DNA of 30,600 nt from an uncultured Thermoprotei archaeon (GCA_965367815.1 CBDUKN010000027.1:1-30600), one strand, 5' to 3'; counted from the stretch's first letter, positions 7,658 through 18,051 are shown. The notes: generated by a model from the letters alone, not told the origin. Translations and numbers: made by a program.

Positions 7658-10093
7658 ATGATGAATAGAATTACACTCGCATTCATACTAGCTGCAACAT
7701 CTCCTTTCATATTAGTATTTTCGGCTGAAGCCTTTTACTTAACGCTTCTAGTTGCATACATTCTAGCATTCCCGTTCCTATACACGCTACTTAAAGAAAA
7801 ACTAGTTGGGTACGAAATACCAGACTACAAGTACGTAGACTATATTTTCATGAGAAAAATACCTAAAGGAAAAACAATTGAATACGAAGTAGGAATAGTA
7901 CTTAAACTCACTACAACTGCTGGCGCACTTGAGAGAGTAAGCCACCTCAATTTTGCTGAAGAAGCCAATACAGTACTAGACGTTATTACATCTAAGAGCC
8001 CTACTATTGTCATTAAAGGCGGGACTCTAGACTACTACATAGTACTAACTCATAGAAGCAATAATCTACAAGAAGCAGTAGAGGCTCTCAAAAAGAAAGT
8101 AGCTTCGTTGAAAAGAGAACTACTCACATCATCATTCGAAGTAATACCCATTCGCTTCGAAGAATACTTGGAAATTTTTCCGTTTAAAGAAAAGAAAAAG
8201 GACTGGAAAAAAGCTGCACTAGCTGCACTACTGCCCCCCGTACTCTGGTTCATTAAGCTCTACTTCTTCTCAATACTAGCTTTCCTGCTAACGTACCCCG
8301 TCCTAGTAGAATTCATTAAGAAAAGAAATGAGAAGCTATACGATTTCCCGGGAACATGGTACTCTGTCGAAGAAATACACAGTGTAAAGTACACGCGTGC
8401 CGGACTATACATGTACACTCAAGTCATAAGAAATGCTATTTCATCTACTACAGCTGAAAACACGTTCATTGTAATCAAAGTAGAGCCAGCTCAAACAAAA
8501 GAACAAGCTGCACTAGAGAAAAGTGCTCAAAGAAAATACATCATAGGAGATATGTTCAATAAGCCCAAGACAATACTCGAGGCTTTAAGGGAACTAGAGA
8601 GAACACAAAGAAGATACGGGGACATTGAAGAAGCATTACTCAAAGTAAGCATATACACGAACAATAAGACAATAGCGAGGAAAATGAGCTCACTATTAGG
8701 CTTCTCTGTATCACTGCTACCAGTCAAAAGCCCTGTACTAAGCAAACTCTTCTATAAGAAAAGCGTACTAGAATACGACACAGGGCTAAGGTACTGCTAC
8801 ACACTAGATCTAGCATTCTTCTCACCATACCTCTGCAAGAGATACATGTGGGAAAAAGGTATCGTGTTGGGGACAGATGAGGGAGGAAACGTCGTACGCT
8901 TAAACTTAGCTGCACTACCTAATGCGCATGGAATATATGTTGGCGGCTCTGGTACAGGGAAATCGATAATGTTCAAGAATATTATCACTCAGCTATCACT
9001 GTACTATAATGCCAATTTCTGCATATTAGATATTACTGGAGAGTACCGTGATTTCATAGAGCTTTTCGGCGGAATAGTAGTAGACTGCACTAAACCATTC
9101 TTCTGCTTCAGGCACCTCTTGCTAAATCCCATTAAAAGAGAATATTTATTGGATGTGATAGCGGAAGTCTACAGGCTATCAGACATGCACAAAGCTATTT
9201 TACGCAAAATACTGAGCGAATCAAAGTCATTCACAGAAGCTGCGCAGAAACTCCCGCTTATTCTCAATGAGCTTGAAGCACCACTAAGAAGACTCGACGG
9301 TAACGTGCATGTAAGCGAGCTACTATCAAAAAACATTCCCTTCGTGATGTACTTCCGTAGAGAAGAAAGGAGAATAGCTGCACTACAGCTAATGCTACTA
9401 CTAGATGAAATAGAAGACTATTTCATGGCGAAAGGAATAGTACACGAGCCCCGCTTCTTCGTATTCATAGACGAGGCACACAACATACTAGATCGAGTAC
9501 CCGACAGAGTCTTACAGAAAATCAAAGAAAGCAGAAAATGGGGGTTAGCCGTAATCTGCTGTAGCCAAGAAGTAACGGCATTCAAAGAAAGGTTCTATGA
9601 AACAGTATACCACGTTGTAGCCCTGTCCCCGATGGCTAGAGCTCAGTTAAACTTACTTAAATCAAAATTCGACATAAGTTCACACGACGAAATATTCATC
9701 ACTACTGCTAGTCCCCGCGAAAAATGGTTCCCTGAAAAAGCATTGCTATTCATCGTAGGCTTTCTTTACCCTATTAGAGTCTACGTAAAGTTTACTGAGC
9801 TGGCGCTGAGAGAAAACTACACTAGAGCAATAGCAGCTGCACAAAAATACGGTGTTCCAGCTAAACTGCTGGCCGCAAAAATACTTGAAGTAGATGAAAG
9901 AAAGCTTGAAGAAATGTTAGAGAAATGTCAGTTAAGTGAGCTAGAGAAACACGGGCTATTTATTAAAGAAAAACTAACATTTACTCCGCTAGGCGCCGCG
10001 CTAATAGAGTATCGAAAAATTAGACCTAAGATTCTTCACGCATTCCTAAACTCTCTTCAAGTATCTTCAAGTACTCCTCGACACGCGAAATAG
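7658..10093 (+). CDS. VirB4/CedB-like membrane-anchored HerA/FtsK-superfamily ATPase
   Basis: Walker A GGSGTGKS, ILDITGEY, Walker B FIDEAH, ESRKWG...SQ arginine finger; N-terminal TM helices. Start moved to ATG 7658 to avoid overlap with the divergent gene. Confidence 0.88.
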   Translation: MMNRITLAFILAATSPFILVFSAEAFYLTLLVAYILAFPFLYTLLKEKLVGYEIPDYKYVDYIFMRKIPKGKTIEYEVGIVLKLTTTAGALERVSHLNFAEEANTVLDVITSKSPTIVIKGGTLDYYIVLTHRSNNLQEAVEALKKKVASLKRELLTSSFEVIPIRFEEYLEIFPFKEKKKDWKKAALAALLPPVLWFIKLYFFSILAFLLTYPVLVEFIKKRNEKLYDFPGTWYSVEEIHSVKYTRAGLYMYTQVIRNAISSTTAENTFIVIKVEPAQTKEQAALEKSAQRKYIIGDMFNKPKTILEALRELERTQRRYGDIEEALLKVSIYTNNKTIARKMSSLLGFSVSLLPVKSPVLSKLFYKKSVLEYDTGLRYCYTLDLAFFSPYLCKRYMWEKGIVLGTDEGGNVVRLNLAALPNAHGIYVGGSGTGKSIMFKNIITQLSLYYNANFCILDITGEYRDFIELFGGIVVDCTKPFFCFRHLLLNPIKREYLLDVIAEVYRLSDMHKAILRKILSESKSFTEAAQKLPLILNELEAPLRRLDGNVHVSELLSKNIPFVMYFRREERRIAALQLMLLLDEIEDYFMAKGIVHEPRFFVFIDEAHNILDRVPDRVLQKIKESRKWGLAVICCSQEVTAFKERFYETVYHVVALSPMARAQLNLLKSKFDISSHDEIFITTASPREKWFPEKALLFIVGFLYPIRVYVKFTELALRENYTRAIAAAQKYGVPAKLLAAKILEVDERKLEEMLEKCQLSELEKHGLFIKEKLTFTPLGAALIEYRKIRPKILHAFLNSLQVSSSTPRHAK

Positions 10094-13000
10094 CTTCCTC
10101 TATATCGCTTAAAACCTCGTGGAGCTCCTCTAACTTAATTTTCCTGTGTTCTGCTTCTCTAATCAAGCTCTGTACTTCGCTCTTCGCGTCCCTATACTTC
10201 CTCAAGGCGCCTGAGAGAAGCTCCATTTTATCACTAATACTCTTTTTCTCGAGCGCTTCTTCGACAAGCCTATCCGCTTCCTCTGTGAAGCGTGCCGTTG
10301 CATTCAATCTGTGCTCTACGCTACTCAAGAACTCTATTTTATCGCTGAGGTACTCGAAGTTAAGCATACTGAATGCTAAAGAAGCTACTTCTCTAACGAA
10401 AACATCTCTCTCATTAATGTATGCGTAGAGGTAGCTGTACTCGCTTTCACTCTGCATAAAGTAGTCTTCAGCTACAATAGAGTTAAGGAACTTTAATGCT
10501 TTCTCGAAGTCTTCCTCACTGTACTTATGTTTGTAGAGAAGCTCGACTACTTCCTCTAGCTTCGGGGGCTCAGAGAAAAGTGATGCCGTCGCCACAACTG
10601 CCTTAAAGTCCCTTAAATCAATATTGAGCATTTTCATAACAGTCTCCGCGAAATCAGTTACTTTCTCTCTGTCTTCAAGGTACTTTGCTGGAAGCAAGTG
10701 TATTCTATCGAGTGAGAGGTCTAGTTCATCAAGCATTCTAGCGGATCGGGCTATAGCGTTTATTAGTAAGAGTTCTTCGTCAAGTTCGACTCTATTAGCT
10801 TCGCTCCACTCTAGTACCGCTCTAGCGAACTCCCGTTTATCAGATATCATGTACAAGTATCTGGGAGGCTCTACTTCACGAATTAAAAGCGTTGCTGAAA
10901 CAATATTCAAGTACGATAAAGCGTACTGGTAAGCTAACTCTACGTCCCCTAGCTTCAGTGCAGCTCTAATAGCCTCTCTACTCGGTTCATCAGAGTAAGT
11001 TGAGGCAATAAACGCTACGAGGGCTTCTCCGCCACGCTCGAGAAAAACTCTAGCGTAGCTAACTCCACTCAAAACCATTTCTGCCGCGAGAACTTGCGAG
11101 GCTTTCAAGATATTCCTGTCTCCTGTCTGCAGAAACGCCCTATACAGCTCACTTGGATTCACTCCACTTAAACCAGCTTTCTTCAAGTACTTCCGCGCAA
11201 GCCTATCCGCCACCACACGCAAATACGGTAGATCATACTCGACTCTAGAGTAAGGGTCGTGGATAACCTTAAGCAATGCTTTTTTCGCAAAGTAAAGCGC
11301 AGACTTCTCCTCTATCTTCGATACAATAAGACCATAAGTCTTTCTCCTAACTCCGTAGGGGTATTTTTGCATAAAGTCCGCTAGTTTCTCGAGTTTTCTC
11401 GATCGAGTAACATCAGCTATAAGGTAGTAGAGTCCCGCTCTCTTAGAATACCTCGCTATCTTGTCTATTGTGAGCATCGAGAGTGCAGCTAGCTTAGCTA
11501 GTCTACGTGAAGGAAGCTTCTTCTCGTAGAAGTCTTTAAGGAGCTCGTACTTACGCCTAATATCTGCGTAAAGAATGTCACGCAAAGTAGTCTGTGTTGT
11601 CTCAGCTACTTTGCTATAGAACTTTAATCTAATTTTCGCTTTAATTGCTCTAAATAGGAGAGCAATAGGAGAGAGCCTCCGCGTAACTGCTCTAGCAGAA
11701 AAACTAGGTAGTGAAAGAATACTGTAGAAAAGCGTCGATGAGAAAAGACTACTAGTAAAACTCGGCGACCCCAGCATCCCCAGAATAAATATTACCGCTA
11801 GACTCCAGCCAATAAACATCAGCAAGACATTATAGAGTAGCTTGAATATACTGCCGAAAAACTCAATAAATCCTCTATACTGCATAATTTCACTAAAGTA
11901 CTGCCAGTAGTAATTGTAGTAGTACCATGCTGTGGCATTCCAAGGAATCTTCGCTCTAGGCACGATAGTCACTTCAACAACTACAAAATCTGTAGAGTTC
12001 ACAGTACCGTTCTGCGTCAACACAATATGTACTAGGTGACCGGGCGGCTGCACGCAAAAGAACTTAGGCTTATGTGCGTCAAGGAAATCTAGTAGCTCTT
12101 CATAGGACTCTGGTAGCTTAAAGCAAGTACGGTTCAAGTAAGCGTACGAAAAAGTACGGTTAAACCAAAGAACATAGTTCTTGTAGAGTTCTCTAAAGAA
12201 GCTTTCACCTGTCTGAGTAATATTTGTTGCAGACTCTACCCTAACTATATTATATGATATAGTTAAATTGCAGCTACTTGAACTATACTTCACTTTAATC
12301 AAACAGTCGCCGAAAACCCATATCTTTGCTTCAGTTTCCTCATACACTCTCATAGTAAACCTGTATTTTGCTCGAAGCGGCTTCTTTACTATAAGCGGAT
12401 CTATACACGTACAAAGACCCATACGCTTAACTTTACCGAAAGTAAACGCGTACACACCTGTCTCATTGTATAGTATATGAATACTTCTCACAACTACGCG
12501 GACACGCGTATACGGTCCACGATACACCAAGTCTCCATCCGTAACAGCATTAATGCCTGGTGAAGCCCCGGGTAGAATTAAGCCTAAGCCTCCTCTTACC
12601 CTAAAACAACGCTTTTTAACAGTAAAGTTATACCACATGAAGACAACTCTCTCGACACAGTAGCTACCTTCGGGCAAGACGACAAGACGCTTACCGTAGC
12701 CATTAAGCTGCACAACAAAGTAGCCCGTGTGATTCGCTATTATAGGCGGACAATAGTAACATGAAGTATTGCAACACGAAGTATTAAAACACGGCATACA
12801 TACACTCGTATTGAATTTCAAAACGACCAAAGCGTAAGGTAGAGGCTCTCCGCTTTCTGACACAACTTCAATTAAAGCCACGCCCCACGTCTGCGGAACC
12901 TCTATTTTAGGAACTCTGAGCTTGTATTCAGTTAAACTGTAGTTTATTGTATAAGGTAAAATGTACACGAATATTATTGTAAGCGAGAGAAACAGAAGAC

Positions 13001-13547
13001 CCATACTTCTAGTTTTTCGGAAAGGCATGGTACACGACATGCCTGCAATAAGCAGAGGAGAGTACTTGAGCGCGAGGCGCACTATAATAAGCAGTGTAAT
13101 CAAGATAGCAAGAACTTTGCCGAGTACTATAGTTAGTGTTTCGAGAATCTGGCTAATTACAGAAGCTACAATAGAGAACGCTACAAGAGCTGCAGCTAAT
13201 TTAGGGCTAATATGTGAAAAACTCGCAAGTATACTCGCCACTATTTCTGAAACAGTTAAACCAAAACTAGCTGTCGCAGAGCTACTAACCCAGTCCTGAA
13301 GACCCTTAACTGACGCCGACAAAGTCTCGTTAGCGTACTCTAAGCTAAAGTACTTGACTGGCACACCAGTATACTCGCTCACTAGAATAGCATTGCTGAA
13401 GATAAAAGCGATAAGCGTGAAGAATAGAGCTGCCACAATAGCTGTTAGACTCATGAAGGCTCTAGCTCTATCGTACATTAAGTAGAATATAAGTAAAATT
13501 AGCTCAATAACAATACTCGCTACACAAGCATAGACTAGTAGACTCAC
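10026..13547 (-). CDS. Large CedA/VirB6-like membrane protein with extracellular beta region and long cytoplasmic helical/coiled-coil tail
   Basis: N-terminal multi-TM region with MPFRKTRSMGLLFLSLTIIFVYILP (CedA-like PFR...G...LP), many N-x-S/T sequons, a second TM region near aa 560-620, and a coiled-coil C-terminus. Confidence 0.65.
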   Translation of the reverse strand: MSLLVYACVASIVIELILLIFYLMYDRARAFMSLTAIVAALFFTLIAFIFSNAILVSEYTGVPVKYFSLEYANETLSASVKGLQDWVSSSATASFGLTVSEIVASILASFSHISPKLAAALVAFSIVASVISQILETLTIVLGKVLAILITLLIIVRLALKYSPLLIAGMSCTMPFRKTRSMGLLFLSLTIIFVYILPYTINYSLTEYKLRVPKIEVPQTWGVALIEVVSESGEPLPYALVVLKFNTSVCMPCFNTSCCNTSCYYCPPIIANHTGYFVVQLNGYGKRLVVLPEGSYCVERVVFMWYNFTVKKRCFRVRGGLGLILPGASPGINAVTDGDLVYRGPYTRVRVVVRSIHILYNETGVYAFTFGKVKRMGLCTCIDPLIVKKPLRAKYRFTMRVYEETEAKIWVFGDCLIKVKYSSSSCNLTISYNIVRVESATNITQTGESFFRELYKNYVLWFNRTFSYAYLNRTCFKLPESYEELLDFLDAHKPKFFCVQPPGHLVHIVLTQNGTVNSTDFVVVEVTIVPRAKIPWNATAWYYYNYYWQYFSEIMQYRGFIEFFGSIFKLLYNVLLMFIGWSLAVIFILGMLGSPSFTSSLFSSTLFYSILSLPSFSARAVTRRLSPIALLFRAIKAKIRLKFYSKVAETTQTTLRDILYADIRRKYELLKDFYEKKLPSRRLAKLAALSMLTIDKIARYSKRAGLYYLIADVTRSRKLEKLADFMQKYPYGVRRKTYGLIVSKIEEKSALYFAKKALLKVIHDPYSRVEYDLPYLRVVADRLARKYLKKAGLSGVNPSELYRAFLQTGDRNILKASQVLAAEMVLSGVSYARVFLERGGEALVAFIASTYSDEPSREAIRAALKLGDVELAYQYALSYLNIVSATLLIREVEPPRYLYMISDKREFARAVLEWSEANRVELDEELLLINAIARSARMLDELDLSLDRIHLLPAKYLEDREKVTDFAETVMKMLNIDLRDFKAVVATASLFSEPPKLEEVVELLYKHKYSEEDFEKALKFLNSIVAEDYFMQSESEYSYLYAYINERDVFVREVASLAFSMLNFEYLSDKIEFLSSVEHRLNATARFTEEADRLVEEALEKKSISDKMELLSGALRKYRDAKSEVQSLIREAEHRKIKLEELHEVLSDIEEAISRVEEYLKILEESLGMREES

Positions 13548-13577
13548 AAGTAAAAAACACTAAACAATAATTTATTT

Positions 13578-14486
13578 TTATATACCAAGTCTAGCGCCGG
13601 GCCCACCGAGAGCACGGGCAACCGCTATACACAGTGCTCCCGCTACACTAAATCCAAGTATGGTGCCGACAGAAACGAAGTATACTTCGAAAGTAGCTCT
13701 AGCCATTTTACCCGCTATATCCGTTATGAAAGCCCCTGTATTAAGTGGATTCGATAAAAGGTTTTTTAGAGTATCGAGACTCAAGCGTAGCTGAGGAACA
13801 TTAGCTACATCTGGATTAGCTAAAGCCCTGCCAGCGTAGTAGCTCCAAATATATAATGCTGGACCATAGACAAGAACAATAGAGTAGAGTACTGCCCCGA
13901 TACTCCTTAAGCGCATAAAGTCAATAGGCACTAGTGCCGAGCCAATGATAAGGCATATTTCATAGTACTGTGCAAGAATAACTGCTACTACATATGCTGT
14001 AAACAAAATCCAGTAAGAGTATCTCAGGATTGTTTCCCACGGCGAACAAGCCGCGTCAACAACGTTTCCCAAAGGACTAGCTATTATTGAAGCATACAAG
14101 GTTGCAGTAACGCTTGCTTTCCACAACATCCAGTCTGCGCACTTCTGCATGAGTTTAAGAAAGTTCTTGGATACTTCAGTGAGTCTTTGCCACGCAAAAA
14201 CAATCGATGACTCGAAACTATATGCAGAGCGTTCTGTAGCATTCACTAAGTATTTCTTAACATTCGGTAAAGTAGCATTAGATACAGGAACTTTAAGTTC
14301 TCTGCAAAGTGATGTAAAAATTTTATCTGCAATATTTAACGCGATAGTGGGTACTGCTACAGCACCAGCAGTCTTTACCGCATTCACCAAGTACTCTTGC
14401 GCCCTAGTATAGTTCCCGAGGATATAGTATGCGATAGCTCCCGCAAGCCAGATGGTGATAACTGCTACAGCGAGCGTTACTATCAT
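13578..14486 (-). CDS. CedA/VirB6-like polytopic membrane protein
   Basis: 302 aa with 5-6 TM helices; IGSALVPIDFMRLRSIGAVLYSIVLVYGP motif; lies next to the pilin and VirB4 genes. Confidence 0.7.
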   Translation of the reverse strand: MIVTLAVAVITIWLAGAIAYYILGNYTRAQEYLVNAVKTAGAVAVPTIALNIADKIFTSLCRELKVPVSNATLPNVKKYLVNATERSAYSFESSIVFAWQRLTEVSKNFLKLMQKCADWMLWKASVTATLYASIIASPLGNVVDAACSPWETILRYSYWILFTAYVVAVILAQYYEICLIIGSALVPIDFMRLRSIGAVLYSIVLVYGPALYIWSYYAGRALANPDVANVPQLRLSLDTLKNLLSNPLNTGAFITDIAGKMARATFEVYFVSVGTILGFSVAGALCIAVARALGGPGARLGI

Positions 14487-14848
14487 CCCTTACCACCTGT
14501 AATTTGCTGTATCTGTTGCCAAGCGTATGCTAGTGCTCCGTTAACAGTATTCTTTACTCCCACTGCTATTATCTTGAAAAATTGGGAGACTGGGTCAGTA
14601 TTCTGAATGTTTTCCGCGAAATATCCTGCCGCGTATAAGGCGAGTGCAACGATTCCAAGTATGAAGAAAAGCTTCTCTAGAGCACTCATCGCAAATGAAT
14701 GCTGTCCTCCTATTATTCTCCATATAAAAATGCAGAGCTTGTATATAGCGAAAGCAGCCAGTATTATTATGATGATGCCAAATATATGTTGGCCAGTTAT
14801 TATCAACTCTTTTATGAAATTCACTATTACATCGATTATTCCCTGCAC
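14483..14848 (-). CDS. VirB2/CedA1/TedC-like conjugative pilin
   Basis: About 120 aa, two hydrophobic helices separated by a short GGQH loop; 4-bp overlap with the cedA-like gene. GTG 14848 preferred over TTG 14899. Confidence 0.6.
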   Translation of the reverse strand: MQGIIDVIVNFIKELIITGQHIFGIIIIILAAFAIYKLCIFIWRIIGGQHSFAMSALEKLFFILGIVALALYAAGYFAENIQNTDPVSQFFKIIAVGVKNTVNGALAYAWQQIQQITGGKG

Positions 14849-14933
14849 ATTAATTATTCCACTAAAGTATATTATATTATTTTCTTTAAGAGAAGTCAAG
14901 AAAAAATATAATTTATGCCGACACTAAGATACT

Positions 14934-15434
14934 GTGAAATCCGCGCTACTACCATCGAAAAAGATATTCGAGTACATAGTATTTCAAATAGTAGCTTCCG
15001 TTTTTTCATTCATGTCGCTCATTTCACTAGCATTAGCTAAGCCACTTATGATCATACTAGCTTTCACACTAGCCTTAATCTACATTAAATTAAACCATAA
15101 ACTAAACATACTCAAGCTAATAGCGCTAGTAGCACTAGCACTAATCTTCGCCATCACCTGCGGGCCAGAACTAGTCTTCATAGTATTTGCTTACGCTGCT
15201 TTAGCATTCACAGTACTCAACTGCGAGTACTTTACTAAAAGAAGCTTCACTATAGCACTTGCACTATCACTTCTATTCTTTACGCAAACTTACTTCAACA
15301 TAAAAGAAACTGCTCCGCAAACACCTCTAGGAGTTCAAGAAAATACAGCAATAGCAGTAGCAGCAATATTCGCGACAATAGTCTTTTCACTAGCACTACT
15401 AGCAAAAATAGAGCTATTCACAGAGAAAAAATAA
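14934..15434 (+). CDS. Very hydrophobic multi-pass membrane protein
   Basis: 166 aa, 5-6 TM helices; divergent from the pilin gene. Confidence 0.7.
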   Translation: MKSALLPSKKIFEYIVFQIVASVFSFMSLISLALAKPLMIILAFTLALIYIKLNHKLNILKLIALVALALIFAITCGPELVFIVFAYAALAFTVLNCEYFTKRSFTIALALSLLFFTQTYFNIKETAPQTPLGVQENTAIAVAAIFATIVFSLALLAKIELFTEKK

Positions 15435-15435
15435 A

Positions 15436-15666
15436 CTATATTTTACAAGCTAATTCTTTTCCTTTTTCTGTTATGACTATAAAGGATATGTAGTCTGTAT
15501 GCTTATGCTGAACTGTTCTAACTAGCCCTTTTCTGCAAGGACTCTCTATTCTCGCGAGAGGCTTGCTTGGTAATGCTTTAATTAGTGTTAGTAGAGGCAA
15601 GAGAAGTATTAGCAGTATTATGGATAAGAGAATTTTCCTATACTTCACATTAATCTTATATTCCAT
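15436..15666 (-). pseudogene. Chimeric ORF: signal peptide and N-terminus of a paralog of the 27396 protein fused to the C-terminal half of a wHTH
   Basis: RKILLSIILLILL...ALPSKPLARIESP matches RKIPLLIIILILL...AQPSEPLARIESP (27396 ORF); KGLVRTVQHKHTDY...ITEKGK matches KGLVRIISHKYTDY...LTKKGK (16873 ORF). Confidence 0.65.
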
Positions 15667-15724
15667 GAGATAAATATATCTCAAAAATAATTTAAATATA
15701 GCGTTAATAGAATGTTTTGGAAAA

Positions 15725-16792
15725 CTATAGAGTTGACTCAATGATTTCAGAAACTATTTCTTCTACTGTTTTGCCTTCTTTTTCAGCCTTTTCCTCTAAC
15801 TTAATGTAAGTTGCTTTAGTAATTTTTACTTTTAATTCAACCGTACTATATCTCTCTTTCAAGAAACTATCTACTGTTTGCTTCCAGTCTTTTCCTTCTC
15901 TAATAGCTTCTCTAACACGCTTAGCCATTTCACGGACCTCCGTTTGTCTAAGCGAGTGCTCGTGGACGACTTTAAGCAGATCTCTTAGTACACTGTTTCT
16001 TTCGCTTCTATCAATAACATTTCTCTTAACCATCGAGTCTACTAAACTATAAACTATCATCAAGTGAGAAAACGGTATCTTGCTTCTCAGCTCCTCTAGC
16101 TCTCTTTCAAGTTCTTCTTCCTCTATTTCAACACTAACTTCTTTCTCTTCTACAACTTTCTTGGCTACAGGAACTTCCTCGACTTTCTTTTCAGCTACTC
16201 CCTTTCTTTCTACAGAAACTTCAGGAACTTTTTCCTCGATAGTCTTTTCAACAACCTTTTGACGCCATCTACCAGCCTTTTTCTCTAAAGTTAAGCCTAA
16301 TTCCTTAGCAGCCAAATATATGTCTATCAGTCTCTTAATCTCCATTACTGCAACAGCTATCTCCTCTGCTATCTCTTCCTCAGACATCCCAAATACTTCT
16401 TTTAATAGCTTCACGCCGTCAGCTTGTTCTTCAGGCGATATCGATTTCCTGTGAATATTTTCTACTAGTGAAAGTAGAGCTGCTTCACGGTCATCTACTT
16501 CAACAACAAGACACGGTGCCTTGCCAAATCTAACTGGGTCTTCTTTAGCTAATTCAGATAAAGCTTTTCTTCGCCTTTCACCCACAATAACCTCATACCT
16601 ATTACCTATCTTCCTAACAATGAGCGGCTGGAGTAAGCCTCTGCGTCTAATGCTTTCTTTTAAACTCTCTAGGTCACCATAGTCTTTCCTAATATTAAAT
16701 TTCGATTTAATGAGCCTGCCTACTGGAATAAGCTCTAGCCTCCCCCCTCTGCTCAAAATTTTTTCCCACAAACTCATACGCTTATAACTCAA
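15725..16792 (-). CDS. parB: ParB/Srx-domain protein with HTH and C-terminal RHH-like dimerisation domain
   Basis: LKESIRRRGLLQPLIVR...YEVIVGERRRKA (GxxRxxA), SLVENIHRKSISPEEQA; C-terminal VELKVKITKATYIKLEEKAEKEGKTVEEIV. Confidence 0.88.
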   Translation of the reverse strand: MSYKRMSLWEKILSRGGRLELIPVGRLIKSKFNIRKDYGDLESLKESIRRRGLLQPLIVRKIGNRYEVIVGERRRKALSELAKEDPVRFGKAPCLVVEVDDREAALLSLVENIHRKSISPEEQADGVKLLKEVFGMSEEEIAEEIAVAVMEIKRLIDIYLAAKELGLTLEKKAGRWRQKVVEKTIEEKVPEVSVERKGVAEKKVEEVPVAKKVVEEKEVSVEIEEEELERELEELRSKIPFSHLMIVYSLVDSMVKRNVIDRSERNSVLRDLLKVVHEHSLRQTEVREMAKRVREAIREGKDWKQTVDSFLKERYSTVELKVKITKATYIKLEEKAEKEGKTVEEIVSEIIESTL

Positions 16793-16872
16793 TTTCCACA
16801 GTAATATTATTTTCGCTACTCAATAAAACTAATTAAATTATTTTAATAAAAGATATAAAGAAACAATTTCTA

Positions 16873-17085
16873 TTATTCTTTATTTTGAGTATTCTTTCTT
16901 AATAAATTTTTTCCTTTTTTCGTCAATACTATATACGGTTTATAATCTGTATACTTATGTGATATAATTCTTACTAACCCTTTACTAGTAAGTTTTCTTA
17001 AGATACTCGTATTTAAAGACGTTTTTGCGGGTACTACTTGTTTCCATGCAATGTATTTTAAAAACTCTACTTCTTCATTAGACAT
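16873..17085 (-). CDS. Small winged-helix DNA-binding protein
   Basis: LRKLTSKGLVRI...IVLTKKGK MarR-like wing. Confidence 0.75.
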   Translation of the reverse strand: MSNEEVEFLKYIAWKQVVPAKTSLNTSILRKLTSKGLVRIISHKYTDYKPYIVLTKKGKNLLRKNTQNKE

Positions 17086-17269
17086 GCTATATAATTTATT
17101 TACGAGAATTAAGTAAGTATCGTGTAAGATGCCTGAAAGTGAGAAATTAGGAAGAATTCTACTCTGCTACATAAATTCTTTAAAAGAAAAATACCAAATA
17201 GAATTATTTGCCTATAATTGAAATATATTTTAAAGAATAAAAATATTTGTTTAAGCCAGTTTTTGCAAT

Positions 17270-17755
17270 GTGTCTAAAATAAAAATTAGTGAGGAAGAGT
17301 TTCTTCTCTTTAAGAGAAAAACTCTGGCTAAGGCGCTGATCAGTATTTGTAAGGGAGAGAGGCCGAAGTGTAGGCTAAGTATACTATTTACGTTGATAAA
17401 TATTGGTTTATTGGATAAGGAGTTTAAAGCTACGGTAAAGGGAAGAAAAGTTGCTGAATGTTTTGAAAAAATATTTTCTATAATAGATTCAAATAAGTTT
17501 TATGAAGTTTTTTCAGCAAAGTCTACTATAGAATTTATTTTAAGTCTTTATATTAAATACTATGTTATACTGGAAAAATATTATGGGGTATTCTTGTATA
17601 GGAGGTTATATGAGAGACTGGTGTCTGAAGGAATAGTGAATAGAGTGCGTATTAAAAATGGTGTCTACGCGGTAATTCTCTCGGATAAAGGAGAGAGTAT
17701 AGCTGAGCTAATAGCTGAAATAATCTCAGTAATACGCGGCAGACCTTTACAGTAA
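17270..17755 (+). CDS. Tandem winged-helix protein
   Basis: Two wHTH motifs: LINIGLLD...ATVKGRKVA and LVSEGIVNR...ILSDKGESIA. Confidence 0.75.
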   Translation: MSKIKISEEEFLLFKRKTLAKALISICKGERPKCRLSILFTLINIGLLDKEFKATVKGRKVAECFEKIFSIIDSNKFYEVFSAKSTIEFILSLYIKYYVILEKYYGVFLYRRLYERLVSEGIVNRVRIKNGVYAVILSDKGESIAELIAEIISVIRGRPLQ

Positions 17756-17789
17756 CTCTAATAACTACCACTATTATATATTAGATGGA

Positions 17790-18044
17790 ATGCTCGACTT
17801 GTCTAAGCTTGAAGTAAAGGCTCTTGTGTCTCTAGCTCTAAGAGGAGAAGTACTTCCAATATCAGAGCTCAAGAAAATTTGTAGATCGGGAAGAGACTAC
17901 TATATTAGGAAACTTGAGTTAAAGGGTCTTGTAAAAATAGTGAGGCACGAGTACACGGGAGGGTATACTTTTGTAGCTTTATCTAGAAACGGGAAAAAAT
18001 TCGCCAAAGCACTCTTAAATATAGTATCGCAAAGTGCAATGTAG
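17790..18044 (+). CDS. Small winged-helix DNA-binding protein
   Basis: IRKLELKGLVKIVRHEYT...VALSRNGKKFA; paralog of 16873-17085. Confidence 0.8.
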   Translation: MLDLSKLEVKALVSLALRGEVLPISELKKICRSGRDYYIRKLELKGLVKIVRHEYTGGYTFVALSRNGKKFAKALLNIVSQSAM

Positions 18045-18051
18045 CTGTGCA

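Noticed and set aside
17129-17221. 30-codon ORF MPESEKLGRILL…
   Set aside because: Too short, lies in a divergent promoter region, no supporting motif
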